From NCBI GenBank assembly GCA_964342485.1, contig CAYFFO010000004.1, positions 29,213-93,212 on the forward strand: a stretch of DNA of 64,000 nucleotides, written 5' to 3'. The position numbers were made by a program, and so were the translations under genes. Each line of letters begins with the position of its first letter. Position 1 is the first letter of the stretch. The stretch is from an uncultured Dehalococcoidia bacterium. GTDB lineage: Bacteria > Chloroflexota > Dehalococcoidia > Lucifugimonadales > CAJWER01. Of this stretch, positions 59,294 to 64,000 are shown one piece after another. Under the pieces are notes generated by a model. That model had not been told where the DNA came from. It searched no databases and saw only the letters and a program-made list of their open reading frames with translations.

Positions 59294-61114
59294 CTATTTT
59301 TTTATTCTAGCTACTTCAAGCATAGTATCTAAAAGAAACTTGTTGAAACCGAGGCTAATGGCTATATTTGCGTCAATATCTGATTCCTCATACAACCCAG
59401 TAGCAGCTTGTGCAACAGACCTCCCAGCAAAAAGATCAGGATCTTGACGGTTAAAATCGATTGCATTGGAATAATCCTTTATTGCTTCTTCAAATCTACC
59501 CAATGATCTTAAAACGTCTCCACGTTTCTTTAATACAAGTGATACTGCAATATACCCTTTTTGATCTGCAGGGAAAATCTGGATTAAATACTTTAAATCT
59601 ATCAATGATTCTGTCAGCTTATCAAAAGCTGAGTTGATATTATCTTCTTCAATAGCCGATAAAGCTAAATGATATTTTGCTTCCCCTCGCCCCCTGTAGC
59701 CAGAAGCAATATTATCGTCAATACTTATGGCACTCGAATAGTCGGTGATTGCTTCATCAAATTTAAGGAGGTTTTTGAAAACATCTCCTCTACCTACAAG
59801 CGCAATTGTATCATCAGGGCTAGAAGATAAAACCAAGTTGAAATCTTCTAATGCCTTAGAATTATTTCCATTTTTTAAATATTCCAATCCACGAGCCAAT
59901 CTTGCAGAAACATTACCTGGTTCAAGCGCTAATAAATTTGTGTGTTCACTTATAGGATCTCGACGAGTAAGCCCTTGTAAATATCGAAAATCTAATACTG
60001 CCCTATCGTAATGACCAAGGTAGTAAAGAGCTTTACCTCTGCCAAGCAGTGCCTCTGTATTCTGAGTATCAAAACTTAAAGCCAGATCATAGTTACCTAT
60101 TGCCATTTCCAATTCGCCCGTTTCTCTACGAAGATTTCCAAACTTTACAAAAGCTTTAGGATTCTCAAAGTCAAGTGATATTGCTTTTTCCAAATCAAGG
60201 ATGGCTTCTTCAATTTGACCCATTTCTCTTTTCAAATCGCCACGTTCAACAAGAGTTTTTACGTCGTAAGGTTCCCATTCCAAAACTAGGTTGAAATCTG
60301 AAAGTGCATCGTTATAGAGTTTTGCAGCTTTAAATGCTGTAGCTCTATCAAAAAATAATGACGGGGTATCTTCTTGCAAATTAATTGCTCTATTAAAATC
60401 ATCAATAGCTTTATCAGGGTTACCCATTATCAATAACGCTTTACCGCGATATGTGTAAACAAGACTGTTATCAGGATTCAATTGAGCCGCCAAGTTAAAA
60501 TCAATCATTGCCTCAGCCGGCTGGTTTACAAGAGCATTATAATTCCCATAACTTACATCATTAGTTAAATTCATTAATGCGAATCCTCTTCGCAAATATG
60601 AATATCCATCTTTAGGTTGTAAATCTATAGCCTGCGTAAAACTATCTATAGCTTCTTGGTAAAGCTCAGCGTTACTCAGTGCCACGCCTAGCCAATAATG
60701 AGCTTCTGCGTTTGAAGGATCAAGTGTTACTAATAATCTGTAATTATCAATAGTTTTCTTACAAGCTGGACCAGGACGGCATTTTTGTGGACGCTCTTGG
60801 TCTACTCCCCAAGTGCTAATAATTCTATAAGCTTCTCCTCTTTTTAAAAGAACCTCACGACTATTCTTAAAACGCTTCAAATCTAATACCTGAGCTTCAT
60901 TAAAATTCCTTATGGCTGAAGAGTAATCTCTGTTATTAAAACTTTCAGTCCCCTTAGATACTAAATCAGTGAATACGTCTATTGTTTCTTTATCTGATAT
61001 ATCATTATCAATTTCTTCAACCATGGAAGTGCCAGTACAGGCAATGATTATTATGATAAATCCTAGCATTAAAAGGATTATCCGAATTTTTGCTGTGCAA
61101 AAGGCTTTATACAC
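59294..61114 (-). CDS. Large TPR-repeat lipoprotein
   Basis: 606 aa with an N-terminal signal and lipobox (IIIIAC). More than 10 TPR-like 34-residue repeats (A..DF..A...P....AY..RG motif) recur throughout. Confidence 0.8.
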   Translation of the reverse strand: MYKAFCTAKIRIILLMLGFIIIIIACTGTSMVEEIDNDISDKETIDVFTDLVSKGTESFNNRDYSSAIRNFNEAQVLDLKRFKNSREVLLKRGEAYRIISTWGVDQERPQKCRPGPACKKTIDNYRLLVTLDPSNAEAHYWLGVALSNAELYQEAIDSFTQAIDLQPKDGYSYLRRGFALMNLTNDVSYGNYNALVNQPAEAMIDFNLAAQLNPDNSLVYTYRGKALLIMGNPDKAIDDFNRAINLQEDTPSLFFDRATAFKAAKLYNDALSDFNLVLEWEPYDVKTLVERGDLKREMGQIEEAILDLEKAISLDFENPKAFVKFGNLRRETGELEMAIGNYDLALSFDTQNTEALLGRGKALYYLGHYDRAVLDFRYLQGLTRRDPISEHTNLLALEPGNVSARLARGLEYLKNGNNSKALEDFNLVLSSSPDDTIALVGRGDVFKNLLKFDEAITDYSSAISIDDNIASGYRGRGEAKYHLALSAIEEDNINSAFDKLTESLIDLKYLIQIFPADQKGYIAVSLVLKKRGDVLRSLGRFEEAIKDYSNAIDFNRQDPDLFAGRSVAQAATGLYEESDIDANIAISLGFNKFLLDTMLEVARIKK

Positions 61115-61188
61115 TTACAACTCCATTACATTTTAGATATATTGAAAAAAGGAATACATCCCAAATACTTATGACATTTTTCGCTTTG

Positions 61189-61881
61189 TCAATCTCTATC
61201 GATGCTTTGACGAGTCTGAATCCTCAACTGGTCTCTTTGGGTTAAATGTGGTAAATACTTTGCAACGAATTCTTCTAAAGTTTGGTCTGGAGAAGGTGTT
61301 GAAGTATCAAGGGAAAATTTGTATCTTAATAGTGAATGATTAAAGTGATATTCAAATCGTTCGAGAACTTTTTCCACATCTTCGTCCTTAACCACAGTCC
61401 GGTCATGTGGATCACTTCGCATTCTATCTCTTATCACTTCAGGACTCGCTTGTAATAACACGAGAACTGTGTCATCGGCACGTTCCAATATTTCAGCTTC
61501 TATATGTCTGCAGAAAGATTCTCTATCTCCGTATTCACCTTTACTTCCATATCCATAATAGAGCGGCGCATAGACAGCTTCTTCTATATGAAATCCAACA
61601 AGAATATGATCACTATCACGATAAAGCATTGGCGCTAAATGATAAGAAAATTGGTATCTCTGAAACATTTCTTTCAGCTCAGGTCCCAAAGACATAAACT
61701 TGTCTAGATCCTTTTGAGAAATTTCATCCCAGTGGCCCACCCAAGGCAGGGTGAAATGATCATGATACTGTACAATCCCCAATGGAGTAGGTTGTCCCAT
61801 AAGCCTATCTCTCCACTCAACTATTTTTTTAACCAAGGTCGACTTTCCAGAATACTCAGAACCTACTAGTATTAGTCTCAT
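61189..61881 (-). CDS. P-loop NTPase / small-molecule-kinase-like protein (AAA_28 / NadR-kinase-like, inferred)
   Basis: 230 aa. The Walker A GSEYSGKSTL at the extreme N-terminus resembles the GxESxGKSTL of NadR-type kinases. A hydrophobic Walker-B-like strand is HILVGFH. The rest is unassigned. Confidence 0.6.
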   Translation of the reverse strand: MRLILVGSEYSGKSTLVKKIVEWRDRLMGQPTPLGIVQYHDHFTLPWVGHWDEISQKDLDKFMSLGPELKEMFQRYQFSYHLAPMLYRDSDHILVGFHIEEAVYAPLYYGYGSKGEYGDRESFCRHIEAEILERADDTVLVLLQASPEVIRDRMRSDPHDRTVVKDEDVEKVLERFEYHFNHSLLRYKFSLDTSTPSPDQTLEEFVAKYLPHLTQRDQLRIQTRQSIDRD

Positions 61882-62099
61882 ACAACATCCCCCTTGTTTA
61901 AACTTTTACAAATCAAACATACAATACAAATACTCGGGTAGTTTATATGCATCCAATAAGGTATATTTTAATAAGCATACACATAATTAAGAACACCAGC
62001 TTATCTTAAAACTAATTTTACAGTATTTTCTCAAACAAACCGTAACATGGAATTATAAGTGTAACTAACCGATTCTCTATATCAATATAATCGCTAAAT

Positions 62100-62116
62100 T
62101 TGATAATAATTATCAA
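62100..62116. repeat. 17-bp perfect palindrome TTGATAAT-A-ATTATCAA, 21 nt upstream of tRNA-Gln
   Basis: Read directly. The left arm 62100-62107 is the reverse complement of the right arm 62109-62116. Confidence 0.6.
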
Positions 62117-62136
62117 GGTATTTTTTGGACAATCTA

Positions 62137-62210
62137 TGCTCGGTGGTGTAGTGGTAACACGAAGGACTTTGAATCCTTAATCCCAGGTTCGAACCCTGGC
62201 CGAGCAGCCA
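62137..62210 (+). tRNA. tRNA-Gln (anticodon TTG), CCA encoded
   Basis: Cloverleaf: acceptor TGCTCGG/CCGAGCA (U1-A72, typical of bacterial tRNA-Gln), anticodon stem AAGGA/TCCTT with loop CTTTGAA, and T arm CCAGG-TTCGAAC-CCTGG. Confidence 0.9.
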
Positions 62211-62349
62211 ATAATTGAAGATATATGACATTAAATACTAGAAGTACAAAAGTTTTTGTTATAAGCAACCCGTAATAGATTTTTCAAAATATATCAATAC
62301 AAACAATCTTGGAGCATTTAAACAAATACTCCGACTGATTCGACTCACA

Positions 62350-62802
62350 CTAGTCCATTGCAATATATTTTGAAGGACATTTAACTATCACATTATGACT
62401 ACTAAATATACCTTCTGAGCTAAATGTACCTTCAAGAATTAGCTCAGAATGTTCGTTGAAAAAAAGATCAGGAATTACACCTTCATGCTGAGCTGTAATC
62501 CTGTCTGTACCATCGCTAATCGCAAATGTGGCTAATATTGAATTATCATCTCTGGCAAATGAATCCTTGACCAATTTACCGTTAACCCTGAACACTTCAT
62601 CATCGCTCCGATTGTCAAGACTCAGCAGTTCTCCTACTGTAAGGTAATAAACAGCAGCCCCTTGAAAAGCATTGAAAGCAAAATACCCTAAAGCCAACAC
62701 TAAAACAAAGACTGCCAAGAAAATTTTGAATCGGTTAGCAAACAGGACAGAATTAGCTATATCTGAATTATTATCAGAAGTTGACAAACCAGGTTTGGAC
62801 AT
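62350..62802 (-). CDS. ccmE: Cytochrome c maturation heme chaperone CcmE, variant with a CxxxY heme-binding motif
   Basis: 150 aa with an N-terminal TM anchor and an OB-fold body. The C-terminal VKCPSKY replaces the canonical AKHDENY (Cys codon 62377-62379, Tyr 62365-62367). Confidence 0.85.
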   Translation of the reverse strand: MSKPGLSTSDNNSDIANSVLFANRFKIFLAVFVLVLALGYFAFNAFQGAAVYYLTVGELLSLDNRSDDEVFRVNGKLVKDSFARDDNSILATFAISDGTDRITAQHEGVIPDLFFNEHSELILEGTFSSEGIFSSHNVIVKCPSKYIAMD

Positions 62803-63137
62803 TAATCTTTCCCTGTTAATATGCGATTTTCTTCTATCATATTCTTCAATATTGCAATTTCACGGTTCAATTCTTTCTGGCGGCGTGCAATCAAAAATAC
62901 ATAGGCAAAGAAACCTAACCATGTAATTGCAAATACAGCAAAAAGAAAACCAAGATTTGCTTCGGGATCCGATTGTTGTTGACCCGTTTCTTGTCCTAGG
63001 TAAACTCGATCATCTATAGTTAAAGTATCACTATTTTCAGTAGCATTAACGGCAATTGGGACAATCAGAAAAGATACTATTATAAAAGCAAGAATTATTT
63101 TGAGTGAAGTATTAGGTTGTTTGTCTATATAGTTCAT
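62802..63137 (-). CDS. ccmD: CcmD-like small membrane protein with an N-terminal extension
   Basis: 111 aa. The C-terminal half (LGFLFAVFAITWLGFFAYVFLIARRQKELNREIAILK) fits the CcmD single-TM plus basic/coiled tail. An extra N-terminal TM and acidic linker are present. A TAATG junction links it to ccmE, and it overlaps ccmC by 26 nt. Confidence 0.65.
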   Translation of the reverse strand: MNYIDKQPNTSLKIILAFIIVSFLIVPIAVNATENSDTLTIDDRVYLGQETGQQQSDPEANLGFLFAVFAITWLGFFAYVFLIARRQKELNREIAILKNMIEENRILTGKD

Positions 63138-63801
63138 TTAATGCAGATTCTGACCTCCGAAGATTATAACTCTGATTCAATAAGACCAAATATAAAAATG
63201 TGAAAGCGAGAAGTGCAACCCTCACAGTGATCCACATACTCGAATCTAGTGCTCCAGGTTCAGACAAAGGACCCATATTCATAGGTGGATGCACACTGCG
63301 CCACCATTCAGTAGCCATGTAAATTATTGGAGTATCTATTGCTCCAATTAAAGCAACTACCGCTCCATATCTAGCACCCTGAGCTCCTTTAGGACCATAT
63401 GCTCGAACCATCAGGTACCCTACATAAATAAACCACAGGATTAAAGTAGTAGTCAGGCGAGGGTCCCAGGTCCACCAAACACCCCAAACCGGTCGTGTCC
63501 ACAATATACCCGTGACTAGAAGTAAGGAAATAAGCAGAGTGCCTAACTCTGCTGTTGCATAAGCAATATTATCCCATTTTTCCTTTTTGGTAATCAAATA
63601 CAAAACGCTGAAAATCGCTACAAGTACTATCGAGATCATACCAATCCATGCCAATGGAAGATGGTAGTAGAATATCCTCTGAGACACACCCAGATTTTGT
63701 TCAGTTGGCACCCAAAAAAAGATCAAATACAGCACAAGCCCCATTATAACAGTGCTAGCTATTATGAGAATATCTGGTGTAGCTTTTCTAAATAATTTCA
63801 A
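63112..63801 (-). CDS. ccmC: Heme exporter protein C (System I cytochrome c maturation)
   Basis: 229 aa with the tryptophan-rich WGVWWTWDPRLT motif, flanking conserved His residues (YYHLP, SVHPP) and 6 TM segments. Confidence 0.93.
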   Translation of the reverse strand: MKLFRKATPDILIIASTVIMGLVLYLIFFWVPTEQNLGVSQRIFYYHLPLAWIGMISIVLVAIFSVLYLITKKEKWDNIAYATAELGTLLISLLLVTGILWTRPVWGVWWTWDPRLTTTLILWFIYVGYLMVRAYGPKGAQGARYGAVVALIGAIDTPIIYMATEWWRSVHPPMNMGPLSEPGALDSSMWITVRVALLAFTFLYLVLLNQSYNLRRSESALNELYRQTT

Positions 63802-64000
63802 ACAAAACCACCCATCAAAGTTGGTACTGATACAAATTATAACTTTGGCCTATGCCTAAAATTTATCACACATTAAATCATATAAACAATAAATCCACGA
63901 TTAATGAATAGTCATGTCAGTCTAATAGCTGATATGTGACTAATGTTATTACCAGTTTGTGAAGGCTCCATCGTTTCTACGTAATAATGGAGGCCATGTA

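Noticed and set aside
1-64000. CRISPR arrays, large tandem repeats, rRNA genes, transposases/IS ends, toxin-antitoxin pairs and defence-system hallmarks (reverse transcriptase, Cas, restriction-modification, STAND NTPases).
   Set aside because: Reading through all intergenic regions and the ORF translations, I saw no regularly spaced repeats and no proteins with the corresponding motifs. This is visual inspection only, so short or degenerate elements could have been missed.

Overview
AT-rich, densely coding bacterial chromosome segment containing mostly core housekeeping genes. I saw no rRNA, CRISPR array, transposase, integrase or phage gene. Genes run in alternating strand blocks. Block 1 (+): efp (3' end), xseA, xseB, a PHP phosphoesterase, queG, a membrane orphan and ftsH. 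Block 2 (-): thrB, lysC, a GT2, a TPR protein, then trpA, aroH-type chorismate mutase, DAHP synthase, an MFS, ribF, tyrS and a class V aminotransferase. Block 3 (+): a DUF192 lipoprotein, rpoB, rpoC, tRNA-Val(GAC) and tRNA-Asp(GTC). Block 4 (-): an enolase-superfamily enzyme, a Zn-ADH and RidA. Block 5 (+): a 10-kb arginine operon, argJ-argB-UPF0182-argD-argG-maoC-argH-rpe. Block 6 (+): a tightly coupled cassette of OCD-like, phosphotriesterase-like, MFS and squalene/phytoene-synthase-like genes. Block 7 (+): hemW, selB, a 162-aa orphan translationally coupled to selB, and a standalone NurA-like nuclease. The remainder holds lepA, tRNA-Leu(TAG), an aldo-keto reductase plus a second enolase paralog, rsmG, a UPF0104 membrane protein, ilvD, a P-loop protein plus a large TPR lipoprotein, tRNA-Gln(TTG), and ccmC-ccmD-ccmE. 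Gene content suggests a marine Chloroflexota-like lineage, possibly SAR202-like: UPF0182, NurA, CxxxY-type CcmE, repeated enolase-superfamily and MFS paralogs, and a lineage-type RpoC insertion. This taxonomic call is low-confidence inference. No classical accessory island is evident. The best leads for something undescribed are four: the OCD/PTE/MFS/SQS-like cassette; the selB-coupled orphan with the HerA-less, 4-Cys NurA-like nuclease; UPF0182 and MaoC embedded in the arg operon; and a variant System I with a Cys-type CcmE. Smaller sequence-level oddities include a non-canonical start for rpe, an anti-SD structure in the ftsH leader, and a 13-bp tandem duplication at the xseA stop. All motif coordinates were counted by hand from the printed sequence. 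No database search or folding computation was possible.
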